A DNA stretch of 64,000 bases from Candidatus Kaiserbacteria bacterium (GTDB lineage Bacteria; Patescibacteriota; Minisyncoccia; Phycocordibacterales; Phycocordibacteraceae), in contig OY969413.1 of NCBI GenBank assembly GCA_963699165.1, forward strand, positions 276,562 through 340,561, written 5' to 3'. Under the pieces are notes generated by a model, which ran no database searches, was not told the DNA's origin, and saw only the letters and a list, made by a program, of their open reading frames with translations. A program made the translations under genes and the position numbers. Every line of letters starts with the position of its first letter. Position 1 is the first letter of the stretch. Positions 16,852-26,294 of the stretch are shown here, one piece after another.

Positions 16852-17640
16852 TTATTTCATCTTTTTCGCTATCGCGTGCAATTCCTGCAATTTCTTGCCT
16901 GCGTTTTCGCGATAGGGGCAATATTCGCACGATAGTCCCGTCTTCGGAATTTCGTCTGATTCCAAACATGCTCTCAATGCGACGAGCGTGCCGGGAATCC
17001 ATGAATCGTCGCCATCGTAGGCCAAAATCGTAATGTCGAATTCGAGCTTTCCGTCGAACGATTTCTTGTCGTTCAGTCCGTTTGCATACACGAAATACGC
17101 CGTCGGGGACACGGAAAATCCGTTCTTGCGAAACAGCCATTGATACACTTCGACTTGCCGCTTGTATTGGATTTTCCATTCGTCTTCAAGCGTCACTTCT
17201 TTTTTCCCGGCCGTCGCTTTGTAATCAACCACATGCAACTCGCCCTTCGGATTGACCCACACATCGTCGATGCCGCCGCGCACAATCAAATTGTTTTCCG
17301 TATCGTGATATTTCACGCCGCGCCGAAGCGCATCGCGCCATTCTTCGAGTTTTTCATGCTTAAAGGGAATCGCATCTATGCCGTATTTTTCCATGAGCGG
17401 ATGCGCCTCGCCTTTTGCGCGGCGGATGTCGAATTCTTTTTTGAAGAGCTCGTCAACCGCGTTGTTGAGCGTAAACGGCGGCGTGTCCGGTCGCCCGATG
17501 CCATACCGCGCTTCGAGCCAAAAACAGCGCGGGCATTCCAAAAAACGGTCGATTTTCGAACGCGATATCGTATACGGTTCGTCGGACGATGCATTAAATC
17601 GTCCTTTTTCCCATTTCAATTTGTATCCTGCAAACGGCAT
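16852..17640 (-). CDS. Cas4-like PD-(D/E)XK nuclease with a four-cysteine Fe-S cluster signature. There is no CRISPR context.
   Basis: N-terminal ECPRCFW, a core VVDYKATAGK (the D-x-K of PD-(D/E)XK) and a C-terminal CEYCPYREN, which is the Cas4/AddB-type cysteine arrangement. The start is taken at MPFAGYKLKW, 2 nt after the upstream gene's stop. Confidence 0.65.
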   Translation of the reverse strand: MPFAGYKLKWEKGRFNASSDEPYTISRSKIDRFLECPRCFWLEARYGIGRPDTPPFTLNNAVDELFKKEFDIRRAKGEAHPLMEKYGIDAIPFKHEKLEEWRDALRRGVKYHDTENNLIVRGGIDDVWVNPKGELHVVDYKATAGKKEVTLEDEWKIQYKRQVEVYQWLFRKNGFSVSPTAYFVYANGLNDKKSFDGKLEFDITILAYDGDDSWIPGTLVALRACLESDEIPKTGLSCEYCPYRENAGKKLQELHAIAKKMK

Positions 17641-17641
17641 A

Positions 17642-18493
17642 TCAGCGTGTCTCGGGAAGCGAGAATAGCCCATCGGCCTCGGCGAGAATTTCGCCGACGC
17701 GCGCGGGCGAGAGATGCAATACATCGAGCGTGCTTCGGTCGCGCGTGATTTCGTCCACCGCAATCACCTCGTGTTCGATGAGAAGTTTTTTTTCGGCCTG
17801 CGAGAGTTCGGTAAGCGCGGTAATCGGATACACCTTCGAACGAACCATGCGAACGTACAAATTGTCATTCTCGGGATAGCCCCACCCTAGCAACTCCACT
17901 CCGGAACACTCGGCATACGCAATGGCTTCCGTTGTAAATTTCGTGTTTGTAACCAAAATGCCGCGATCAATGGTACAGGTGCTCGATGCCGAATCGCAAT
18001 TAAAAATGTCATCGAATCGGCTTTTTACATACAGTGCCGTCTTCAAATCGGTTTTGTAGCCCGGGTCATTGTGATATTTAAGTTCGGCGGCGAGGTATTC
18101 GTTATTGTCCGGATGCGATGCGTAAAAATCCACTTCGTGCCTTACGCATTTTCCCTGCATAATTTTCCGCGTTTCAACCTTCCATCCTTCGGCGGTATAC
18201 AAATGCGATATGAAGTCCTCAAACGGATGACCGGTCGGGCCGAGATCGAGCATGGCTCGGCGAAGCGCATACCGCGCCGCAACCGGCCGCGCTTCTCTGC
18301 GCAGCATCGAGAATGCGCGCGAATAAATTTCCTTTGAAGATATTCCCGGCACAATCATCTGCGTGATGGATCCTGCGATGCGCTCGGCACTATGCGCGCC
18401 GGCGCCCGCGCGTTCAAGCGAATGCGCAAGCCGCACGGGGTCAAATGTCTCCGTTGTGCCGTCGGCTTTGGTGATGGTCGGCAACGTGCTCAT
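17642..18493 (-). CDS. ATP-cone domain fused to a restriction-endonuclease-fold (Mrr-like) catalytic domain.
   Basis: N-terminal ITKADGTTETFDPVRLAHSLERAGA (ATP-cone), followed by HEVDFYASH...ELKYH...TKFTTEAIAYAECSGVELLG, which resembles the Mrr_cat restriction endonuclease core. The start is at MSTLPTIT. Confidence 0.6.
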   Translation of the reverse strand: MSTLPTITKADGTTETFDPVRLAHSLERAGAGAHSAERIAGSITQMIVPGISSKEIYSRAFSMLRREARPVAARYALRRAMLDLGPTGHPFEDFISHLYTAEGWKVETRKIMQGKCVRHEVDFYASHPDNNEYLAAELKYHNDPGYKTDLKTALYVKSRFDDIFNCDSASSTCTIDRGILVTNTKFTTEAIAYAECSGVELLGWGYPENDNLYVRMVRSKVYPITALTELSQAEKKLLIEHEVIAVDEITRDRSTLDVLHLSPARVGEILAEADGLFSLPETR

Positions 18494-18912
18494 GATGCGG
18501 TAGTTGTCGCGAGCGAGCCGTTTACGGTTGCGGTAATGGGCGTATGCGCGGGTGCGGCTATGGTCGTCGAAAAGGCGACCGTCGTAGGCGCCTGCAGACA
18601 CAAGCCCGTATATTGCGGCATCAGAATTGCGATTTGAATCGTCTGCGTGCTTGAAGATGTGCCGACGAGCGAAGCATGTGCGGAAATGGACGTGCATGCA
18701 TTCGGCGTTACGACGGAGCCGGACAGCGTGTGCGTTCCCCTTCGGAAAATATCATGGACGCTTATGTCAGGGATGGTTGCTTCCTGCGTCGCCCGTGCGG
18801 GCGGGTTCCCGGCATCATGCGTGTGCGGAACCGATAATATAAAACCCGCAACGATAATAATCGCCAAGATAAGGGCGCTAATCCATAGTCGCTTGGTATG
18901 TACGAGTGTCAT
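18490..18912 (-). CDS. Hypothetical membrane-anchored Thr/Ser-rich protein.
   Basis: N-terminal TM helix (LWISALILAIIIVAGFIL) then a T/S/A-rich tail. It has 4-nt overlaps with both neighbouring genes, which suggests translational coupling. Confidence 0.45.
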   Translation of the reverse strand: MTLVHTKRLWISALILAIIIVAGFILSVPHTHDAGNPPARATQEATIPDISVHDIFRRGTHTLSGSVVTPNACTSISAHASLVGTSSSTQTIQIAILMPQYTGLCLQAPTTVAFSTTIAAPAHTPITATVNGSLATTTAS

Positions 18913-19916
18913 GCGCGTATGATACCACCGCCGACGATTTTGTCGGCATGGTAGAAAACAATTGACTGGCCTGGTGCGGCAATTTCCGATAGTGCACTGG
19001 TTGAGAAAAATCTGTCGCCCTCGACACGGCCCGCGATGCGCGGGCCGCGATACCGGTATTGCGCCTCGGCCGTCTCACTTGGCTCAAGGAACCAGTTCGC
19101 GTCGGTAAACCGAATGCACTGCGGCGCATTCGCCGCTTCCGACAGGCGCCCCTTCCCCACCGTGAATTCGTTTTTCGAGACATCCTTTGCAAGAACAAAC
19201 CATGGCCCCGACTCGCGCGCATTTTGGAGCGCGATTCGTTCTCCGATGGTGTGAAGCAAGACGCCATCGTGTTCGCCTACAACCATCCCTTTTTCATCGA
19301 TTGCGCGACCGGTAACAAGCGCATCGCCGAATTCGGCCCGTAGAAATTCTTCAACGGAGACGCTTCCTAGGAAACACACACCCTGGCTGTCTTTCTTTTC
19401 AGCGACCGGCAGATTGAATTTCCTGGCAAGCGCGCGCACGGCGGTCTTCTCATAGTGCCCAACCGGAAAAATCGTTGACTCTAAAATATCTTTTGGCACG
19501 GCCCAGAGAAAATAGCTTTGGTCTTTCTCGCCGCTCCGGTAATGCCCGGTCGCGATGCAGTCCGCTCCGTTCGATTTCGCGAAACGGTAAAAAGCGCCGA
19601 ACTTCAGCTCTTTATTGCACATGATGTCCGGGTTCGGCGTCCGTCCCGCACGATACTCGGCGAGCAGATAGTCGATGACTTCTTTCTTGTACTCCGCGCT
19701 TGCGTCTAGCGTAAGAAACGGGATGCGGAGCCGTGCCGCGACGCGCATCGCGTCGCGGCGATCTGCCGCCCACGTGCACGGCATCCCGGGCGGATACCAG
19801 CCCTTGATAAACACGCCCGTCACGTTCGCGCCCGCACGTAGAAGGAGCGCAGCCGAGACGGCAGAATCAACTCCGCCGGATAATCCAACAAATACGGTCT
19901 TTCCGCGTACATTCAT
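18909..19916 (-). CDS. mnmA: tRNA-specific 2-thiouridylase MnmA.
   Basis: SGGVDS PP-loop, NPDIMCN and ATGHY motifs. Confidence 0.9.
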   Translation of the reverse strand: MNVRGKTVFVGLSGGVDSAVSAALLLRAGANVTGVFIKGWYPPGMPCTWAADRRDAMRVAARLRIPFLTLDASAEYKKEVIDYLLAEYRAGRTPNPDIMCNKELKFGAFYRFAKSNGADCIATGHYRSGEKDQSYFLWAVPKDILESTIFPVGHYEKTAVRALARKFNLPVAEKKDSQGVCFLGSVSVEEFLRAEFGDALVTGRAIDEKGMVVGEHDGVLLHTIGERIALQNARESGPWFVLAKDVSKNEFTVGKGRLSEAANAPQCIRFTDANWFLEPSETAEAQYRYRGPRIAGRVEGDRFFSTSALSEIAAPGQSIVFYHADKIVGGGIIRA

Positions 19917-19925
19917 ATCCCCATT

Positions 19926-20882
19926 CTAATCCAAATACTTCTTTTCGTTTGCTTGGTGCTCGGCAAAGGTAGTCGCGTAATGCATAACGCCGTTTTTGTC
20001 GGTGAGGTAGTACAGATACTGCGATGGTGTCGGATTTGCAGCGGCTTCGAGCGAGTCGAGTCCGGGATTGTCAATCGGCCCCGGCGGGAGCCCCGTATGC
20101 GTGTACGTATTGTACGGCGAATCGACTTTCAAATCCGCAAGAGAGGGCGAATAGGTATCGCGATTAAAGATGTAACCGAACACGGCATCGACTTGGAGCG
20201 GCATATTTTTTGCGAGACGGTTGTACAAAATACCCGCGACCATTTTTCTGTCAGCGCTTGTCTTGGCCTCCTTCTCGACCAGCGATGCCATGATGACCGT
20301 GTCGGAAAACGCGCGGCCCGTCGGGCCGAGTTCGTTCCGAATCGACTGCGTCTTCGTATTGAAATTTCCTCGCATCAGCGCAATGACGGATGCCGCATCG
20401 GCCGTCGGTTGAAAAAAATACGTGTCGGGAAATAAATATCCTTCATACGGTATCGCTGATGCAAGAAAATCATCAGCCGGTATCATAGGAAGAGCATTCG
20501 TGATTTCGGCGGATTCTTCGCGCACCGTCATTCCTTCGGGAAACGTAAGTTTGACGAGCGGGAAACCGTAATCGCCGTCGACGAGCCGCTTCGCGATGGC
20601 AAATACATTCTGCGGTGATTTAAAAAGATATGCGCCGGCTTGCACGGCCGCGCTTTTCCCCGAAAGGCGAAGCAGTATTCGAAAAAGCGCCGGATGTTTG
20701 ATGACATGGGCGTCGGCGAGCTCTTGCGCCGATGAAGATGCCGATGCGCCCTGACCGATAGTTACGATGCTGCCAGTCGGAAAGTCCGACGGCGGAGCGA
20801 AAAGAAGTTCATACCCAGCAAAAATGCCGAGCAGCAGTACAAGCGCAACAATCCACCAAAGATATCGCCTTAAAAAAACCAT
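19926..20882 (-). CDS. mltG: Endolytic murein transglycosylase MltG (YceG family).
   Basis: N-terminal TM segment, GILYNRLAKNMPLQVDA and YNTYTHTGLPPGPIDNPG motifs. Confidence 0.85.
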   Translation of the reverse strand: MVFLRRYLWWIVALVLLLGIFAGYELLFAPPSDFPTGSIVTIGQGASASSSAQELADAHVIKHPALFRILLRLSGKSAAVQAGAYLFKSPQNVFAIAKRLVDGDYGFPLVKLTFPEGMTVREESAEITNALPMIPADDFLASAIPYEGYLFPDTYFFQPTADAASVIALMRGNFNTKTQSIRNELGPTGRAFSDTVIMASLVEKEAKTSADRKMVAGILYNRLAKNMPLQVDAVFGYIFNRDTYSPSLADLKVDSPYNTYTHTGLPPGPIDNPGLDSLEAAANPTPSQYLYYLTDKNGVMHYATTFAEHQANEKKYLD

Positions 20883-20886
20883 ACTG

Positions 20887-22272
20887 CTAAAGCGGCAGAT
20901 TCGCGGGCGCTTCGCCGGTCGCGGACGAAACGCGCTCGAGGCCCGGCGTATGTATACCGGCCGAAGGTATGTGATACAGAGTGGCGAGTTCTTCGGTGCT
21001 CAAAACCATAATATCATTTCTAGTCAGCCCTTCCGAAAACGGTTCATGGAAAAATTGGCGGCGTCGATATGCCTCGACCATTTTCACCGTATACCGCTTT
21101 TTTAACTTGCTCGAACCGATTTCCCACGGATAATCGTCGAATATCATCAGCCATGCGGTCGCCTTGATGCCATTCCACCCCTCAACGCTGAACGGTTTGA
21201 ACAGGCCAATCATTTGCGCAATCATAGTCGGCTTGAAACTGTCGGGTTTCGCGAGATAAATACAGCGCGCGCCGACATCGAACCCGAGTTTCGATGTGTT
21301 GCGCTCGATTGCTGCCATCTTTTCCGACTCTCCTTTCGTCGGATTTGGGAATCCCGGCATCTCTTTGCCGGTCGTGGGATCGACATACGGCGTTCGGGTA
21401 TCCTTGCGGATTTTTTCAACGATTTCCTTTCCTTCGTCCCGCCATGTGTACGGCTTATTATCCGCGTTGAGTTTATTGTATTTGTGTCCGCTGTGCACTT
21501 GGATGATGAATTGCAGCCAGACATATTCGCCCTTCCCGGCCGAACCGAGAAACTCAGTAATGCTGGCAAGCGGATCAATTTGTTCCGGTTCCTCTTGTAC
21601 CTTGTCAAGACCGAACTCGATATAGGTTTTAATGGGCAGCGGATCTTTTTCGATTTTCCTGTAATCGCAACCCCAAATGCTCCACTCGCCCGGTACCGCC
21701 GAAATGCATCTCGTATAATCAAGTGCTTCGGTAATCTGCACGCCGGGATATTGCGCATACATTTGCGACTCGACAATTCTTCGAAAATTAGCGCGCGTCC
21801 ACACGTAAAAGTGAACCCTCCCTTCGAACGACACCATTTCAAACGACCACCACGGACGCACGGCACCCTTTATCGAGCGGGCATACCAGGTCGATTCGCC
21901 CGGGGAGAGATGGATTGAGGAAAAAAACGCTTCCATGGCGAGCGGCGTCTTCACGAGATTTCTTGGTGGTTTGATTTCGAGAACGATATACGTCTGCGAA
22001 TTTATGAATTCGCTCCGTTTGAGCGTAAGCCATAACGACAATGCTCCATCTGCGAGCAGAAACGGGAGCCAAACCGGAGCGAGATACAGCGCAAGCGAGA
22101 CCGCGGTATCTACCTGATGAAACATGAACATCGTCGATATGAGCAGCAGGAGCATCCCTGCAAAGAAAATAGGCCACGGAGCAAATCGGAAGCCCGTGTT
22201 ACCGGTTATTTTTTTGAAAAAAGCGTCGATTTCTTTCGCAAACGGAAGCATGTTTGGATAGTATATCAACAA
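20887..22272 (-). CDS. Hypothetical integral membrane protein (461 aa): N-terminal TM bundle plus a large soluble domain.
   Basis: Several hydrophobic helices at the N-terminus. No recognisable catalytic motif. Confidence 0.5.
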   Translation of the reverse strand: MLIYYPNMLPFAKEIDAFFKKITGNTGFRFAPWPIFFAGMLLLLISTMFMFHQVDTAVSLALYLAPVWLPFLLADGALSLWLTLKRSEFINSQTYIVLEIKPPRNLVKTPLAMEAFFSSIHLSPGESTWYARSIKGAVRPWWSFEMVSFEGRVHFYVWTRANFRRIVESQMYAQYPGVQITEALDYTRCISAVPGEWSIWGCDYRKIEKDPLPIKTYIEFGLDKVQEEPEQIDPLASITEFLGSAGKGEYVWLQFIIQVHSGHKYNKLNADNKPYTWRDEGKEIVEKIRKDTRTPYVDPTTGKEMPGFPNPTKGESEKMAAIERNTSKLGFDVGARCIYLAKPDSFKPTMIAQMIGLFKPFSVEGWNGIKATAWLMIFDDYPWEIGSSKLKKRYTVKMVEAYRRRQFFHEPFSEGLTRNDIMVLSTEELATLYHIPSAGIHTPGLERVSSATGEAPANLPL

Positions 22273-22311
22273 AAAAACGCCCGTGCGGGCGTTTTTTTGT
22301 TGCGAACTGCG

Positions 22312-23385
22312 TTACGCCGCCGAGTATCGGCCGTCTTTAAGCCGAGTAAAGTACCGGGGATCGTTGAGGTTCACCAAAATCGTATTGTCTTTCACGAAAC
22401 GCGCGCGCTTCACCTGCTTGATGATTTCTTCCTTTTTGAGCGGACCCGTTTTCTCGAGCGTCTCGCGAATCACATCACGTACGACTCCCGGTTTGTAGCC
22501 CCATTCGGTAAGCGCGTAGAGTCCGCGGCCGACAAGCACGAAGCGCGAATCTTTGATCAGCTCGTTGTGCGTAGTCGCGACGTGCGCCTTCTTTGAAAAA
22601 AGAGTGCCGATTGCCTTCGCGACTTCCGAGAAGTGCATCGGCGCGCCGTTTCGCTTCACCGCGAGATATGCGTAATCGCGAATGCCTTTGATGCGGATGG
22701 CGGCGGCGTTGGTCTTGCCCCATTCCGAAAGCGGATTGCTGCCGATGTGCTTCGAGAGAGAAAGCCAGCGCTTCAAAACCTCCTCGTTCTTGTAGGCGTC
22801 GTTCACCTCTTTCAGCTCTTCCAAAAATCGGTCGAGAAGCTCGCTTTCGGTTACAACCTCGTTGTCCGGCAACGTCGCGTACAGGCGGGAAAGCGCGTCG
22901 TGGATGTTTTTTGCCGTGCCGCGGTCAATGTGCCATCGGGCGACGAAATCATTTGTCTCGCGCTCGCGGAAAAACGCGGAACCGAGCATCAAAAAGAAGC
23001 GGAAGCGGTTGCGGGTCTTCTCATCCTTTCCCAGTGCGGAAAGAAGCGTGTCTTCGGGCACGATTGCGCCGAGCGAATCGATGTATGCCGCAATCTCGTC
23101 AAACGCCGAGCTCGCCTCCTTAAAGGCCTTGCTCGCGCGGATGGCGTCGAGGCCGGCGGCTTCAATTTGCCGGACGCGCTCGCGGGTAATCGACGAGCGG
23201 TCGCCGATTGCTTCGAGCGTCTCGCGTTCTGTTGCGGTGCCTAGACCGAAGCGTCGAACGAGCACCGTGCGGGCGCGTTCCGGTGCAGTTGCGAGAAGTC
23301 GCTTCGCGAGAGCCGAACTATCAAACGTAAACACGGCCGCCTTCAATTCGGCCTTTTGTTTCGCTGTTTTTTTGGCTTTGACCAT
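22312..23385 (-). CDS. Protein with a sigma-70 region 4-like segment and a HARE-HTH-like domain.
   Basis: RRFGLGTATERETLEAIGDRSSITRERVRQIE resembles sigma-70 region 4. The C-terminal MHFSEVAKAIGTLFSKKAHVATTHNELIKDSRFVLVGRGLYALTEWG resembles a HARE-HTH domain. Confidence 0.5.
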   Translation of the reverse strand: MVKAKKTAKQKAELKAAVFTFDSSALAKRLLATAPERARTVLVRRFGLGTATERETLEAIGDRSSITRERVRQIEAAGLDAIRASKAFKEASSAFDEIAAYIDSLGAIVPEDTLLSALGKDEKTRNRFRFFLMLGSAFFRERETNDFVARWHIDRGTAKNIHDALSRLYATLPDNEVVTESELLDRFLEELKEVNDAYKNEEVLKRWLSLSKHIGSNPLSEWGKTNAAAIRIKGIRDYAYLAVKRNGAPMHFSEVAKAIGTLFSKKAHVATTHNELIKDSRFVLVGRGLYALTEWGYKPGVVRDVIRETLEKTGPLKKEEIIKQVKRARFVKDNTILVNLNDPRYFTRLKDGRYSAA

Positions 23386-23432
23386 GTGGTGTAATTTATA
23401 GCAAACGTCTTATAATGAGTCAATAGGCGCGA

Positions 23433-26279
23433 TTATACCACAAGATTTATGATTCTGCCCGCTACATAAACCACCCGATTCGGCTCCTTTCCCGAAAGCG
23501 CCGAAATGACGGCCGGAAGGTCCTTTGCTGCGGCTACTGCATCCATTTCAGAAGCGTCCGGAGCAAGCCGAGCCGTCCCGCGACGTTTCCCGTTGACCTG
23601 AACCACAACTTCCATTTCTTCGGCAACAAGAAGAGACTCGTCGTGCACCGGCCACGAAGCGAGATGTATGGACAACGTCTCGCCCACAAGCTCCCAAAGT
23701 TCATCGGTGATGTGGGGGGCAAACGGCGCAAGCAATCGCAAGAATATTTTCCACTGTTCTTTGCCGATGCTTCCCTGCTTATCGATGGCATTCAGAAGAA
23801 TCATCATCTGGCTCACCGCTGTGTTAAATTTAAATGCCTCTATATCGTTGCCGACTTTGCGAATCGTTTCGTGGAGAATCTGATTGAGCGCGGGAACGTC
23901 GTGTTCCGTAACTCGCTCCTGCGTCTGCCATACGCGTTCAACGAAGCGCGCCGTACCAGCGATGGATGCAGTACTCCACGAGGTCGTGTTCTCGAACGGG
24001 CCCATAAACATCTCATAAATGCGGAAAGCATCGGCCCCATACTCCGCAACCACGTCGTCAGGATTGATGACATTTCCGAACCGCTTGCTCATTTTGCGTC
24101 CGTCCTCGGCCAGAATAAATCCGAGGAACTCAAGTCGGGCAAACGGCTCGGGAGTGCTCACCACGCTAATGTCGTACAGGAATTTGTGCCAAAAACGCGC
24201 ATAGATGAGATGTCGCACCGCGTGGTCGCCGCCGACATACACGTCAACCGGCGCCCAATATTTTTCTTTCTTCGCGGACACGAGTTGCTCCGCATTATGC
24301 GGATCCATAAAGCGCAGGTAATACCACGATGAGCCCGCCCATTGAGGCATCGTGTTGGTCTCGCGTTTTGCAGGACCGCCGCATTTGGGACAGGTCGTGT
24401 TGACCCAATCATCGATAGCCGCAAGCGGCGATTCTCCCGTGCCGGTCGGCTCATACGACTCGACTTCCGGCAGAAGGAGCGGTAAATCTTCGTACGGCAC
24501 GGCAACAACCCCGTCGGTTGGACAATGTATAACCGGAATCGGTTCGCCCCAGTATCGCTGGCGCGAGAAAACCCAATCGCGCAATTTGTAGCGAACAACC
24601 CGCCGGCCGCCGACGGCTTCCGTAATGTCCCACTTAGCGCTTTCACTGTTGCGACCGTCGAAGGAACCCGAATGTATGAGATAGCCGTGACCGGTGAGCG
24701 ATTCTTCCTTATGCAGCAGACGCCACATACCTTTCTGATGCGCGGGAGTTAGCTGCTCCTCCACGTCCTTTTCATCAACCCAATACAACGTGTGCTTTGC
24801 TTGCTCGTCGGCGGGAATGATTCCTTGCTGTGCAGTGCTGTCAATTTCGGCGAGCAATGCATGCGCGTGCGCGCAACGATTTTCTTTTTTGTGTGAAGCG
24901 CAATAGCGCGCCGCGGTAATCCAGCGGAGTTTGCGCACGATGCGAACGCCCTCAAGCGCCGCTTCTTCGCGTATTTCGGCAAGCGCCGCGTCTTCCGGTG
25001 TTTGTCCGGCCTCAATGCCGCCCATAATCGCGGTTGTTATTCCCTCAAGTGTGCCATGCCACTTCAAAAGAGCGTACTTCCCCGTTGAATTGTCGCGAAG
25101 GTGAACGACGACGGTATCGCGTTTCACCTCGGTGAACTCGGGCCGCGGCGGATTAAGAGTGTCACTCTCGCAAGGAACAACAACCTGCCGTATCGGGAGT
25201 TTAAACTTCTCGGCAAATTCAAAATCGCGCTCGTCATGCGCCGGTACGGCCATCACCGCGCCGGTGCCATATGAGGCCAGAACGTAATCGGCTATGTAAA
25301 CCGGAATTCCCTCCTTAGTGGCAGGGTTGATGGCTGACACCCCTTCAAGAATTACTCCCGTTTTCTCTTTTCCTTCCGCACTGCGATCGATTTCCGTTTT
25401 AAGCGCCACGGACTTTGCGTATTCGCGTACCGCATCCTTGTTTTTTACCAAGCCGTATTCAATCAGTTTGCTGACGAGCGGATGCTCCGGCGCAAGAACA
25501 AGATATGTGGCGCCAAAAATCGTGTCGGGTCGCGTTGTGAAAACAGTGGCCTTGTCGGCTATATCTGTAAAAGCGAAATCGATTTCCGCGCCTTCAGAGC
25601 GGCCTATCCAATTCCGTTGGGCTTCCTTAATGTGTTCCGGCCAATCGAGCAAGTCGAGGTCGGCCAGCATCCTGTCTGCGTAATCGGTAATTTTTAGCAC
25701 CCACTGCGGAAGATTCTTTTTGACGACCGGCGTTCCGCATCGCTCGCAAACGGCGCCGTCGAGGTCTTCGTTCGCAAGGCCGGTCATGCACGACGGACAC
25801 CAGTTAATCGGCTCGTTGGATTGAAATGCGAGACCTTGCTCGAGCATTTTGAGGAAAATCCACTGCGTCCAGTGATAGTACGCCGGGTCAGTCGTATTGA
25901 TTTCGCGCGACCAATCATAATCGAAGCCGATGTGCGCTAGCTGGGCTTTGAAGTTTGCGATGTTGTCCTCAACGGCTTTGCGCGGATGCGTCTTGTTTTT
26001 GAGAGCGTAATTTTCTGCGGGCAAACCGAAGGCATCCCATCCCATGGGATGCAGCACCGAAAAGCCGCGCATGCGCATGTGGCGCGAATAGATATCCGTC
26101 GCAATGTATCCTTTCGGATGTCCGACATGCAACCCTTCGCCGGACGGATATGGGAACATATCGAGCACGTATTTTTTTTCTTTGTCAGGGTCGTCAGACG
26201 TGCGGTAGGTATCATTTAGCTTCCAGCGCTCCTGCCATTTGCGCTCTATATCACCGTGCGAGAAAGGGTCTTTAGCCAT
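23433..26279 (-). CDS. leuS: Leucine--tRNA ligase (948 aa; long form with insertions).
   Basis: N-terminal MAKDPFSHGDIERKWQERW...YVLDMFPYPSGEGLHVGHPKGY (HIGH motif) and a KMSKS region (GRKMSKRFGNVI). Confidence 0.95.
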   Translation of the reverse strand: MAKDPFSHGDIERKWQERWKLNDTYRTSDDPDKEKKYVLDMFPYPSGEGLHVGHPKGYIATDIYSRHMRMRGFSVLHPMGWDAFGLPAENYALKNKTHPRKAVEDNIANFKAQLAHIGFDYDWSREINTTDPAYYHWTQWIFLKMLEQGLAFQSNEPINWCPSCMTGLANEDLDGAVCERCGTPVVKKNLPQWVLKITDYADRMLADLDLLDWPEHIKEAQRNWIGRSEGAEIDFAFTDIADKATVFTTRPDTIFGATYLVLAPEHPLVSKLIEYGLVKNKDAVREYAKSVALKTEIDRSAEGKEKTGVILEGVSAINPATKEGIPVYIADYVLASYGTGAVMAVPAHDERDFEFAEKFKLPIRQVVVPCESDTLNPPRPEFTEVKRDTVVVHLRDNSTGKYALLKWHGTLEGITTAIMGGIEAGQTPEDAALAEIREEAALEGVRIVRKLRWITAARYCASHKKENRCAHAHALLAEIDSTAQQGIIPADEQAKHTLYWVDEKDVEEQLTPAHQKGMWRLLHKEESLTGHGYLIHSGSFDGRNSESAKWDITEAVGGRRVVRYKLRDWVFSRQRYWGEPIPVIHCPTDGVVAVPYEDLPLLLPEVESYEPTGTGESPLAAIDDWVNTTCPKCGGPAKRETNTMPQWAGSSWYYLRFMDPHNAEQLVSAKKEKYWAPVDVYVGGDHAVRHLIYARFWHKFLYDISVVSTPEPFARLEFLGFILAEDGRKMSKRFGNVINPDDVVAEYGADAFRIYEMFMGPFENTTSWSTASIAGTARFVERVWQTQERVTEHDVPALNQILHETIRKVGNDIEAFKFNTAVSQMMILLNAIDKQGSIGKEQWKIFLRLLAPFAPHITDELWELVGETLSIHLASWPVHDESLLVAEEMEVVVQVNGKRRGTARLAPDASEMDAVAAAKDLPAVISALSGKEPNRVVYVAGRIINLVV

Positions 26280-26294
26280 GACACAGAGCGACTG

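Noticed and set aside
15863-17179. A 438-aa ORF called as a single gene.
   Set aside because: Only the C-terminal 222 aa (from MEVKIEPSW at 16531) match uracil-DNA glycosylase. The upstream part is an out-of-frame read-through across the ogt gene (16536..16850) and the Cas4-like gene, which occupy the same DNA in another frame.
20887-22272. Possible conjugation- or secretion-type membrane protein assignment for the 461-aa membrane protein.
   Set aside because: No Walker motifs or recognisable VirB/Tra signatures could be seen by eye. It is left as hypothetical.
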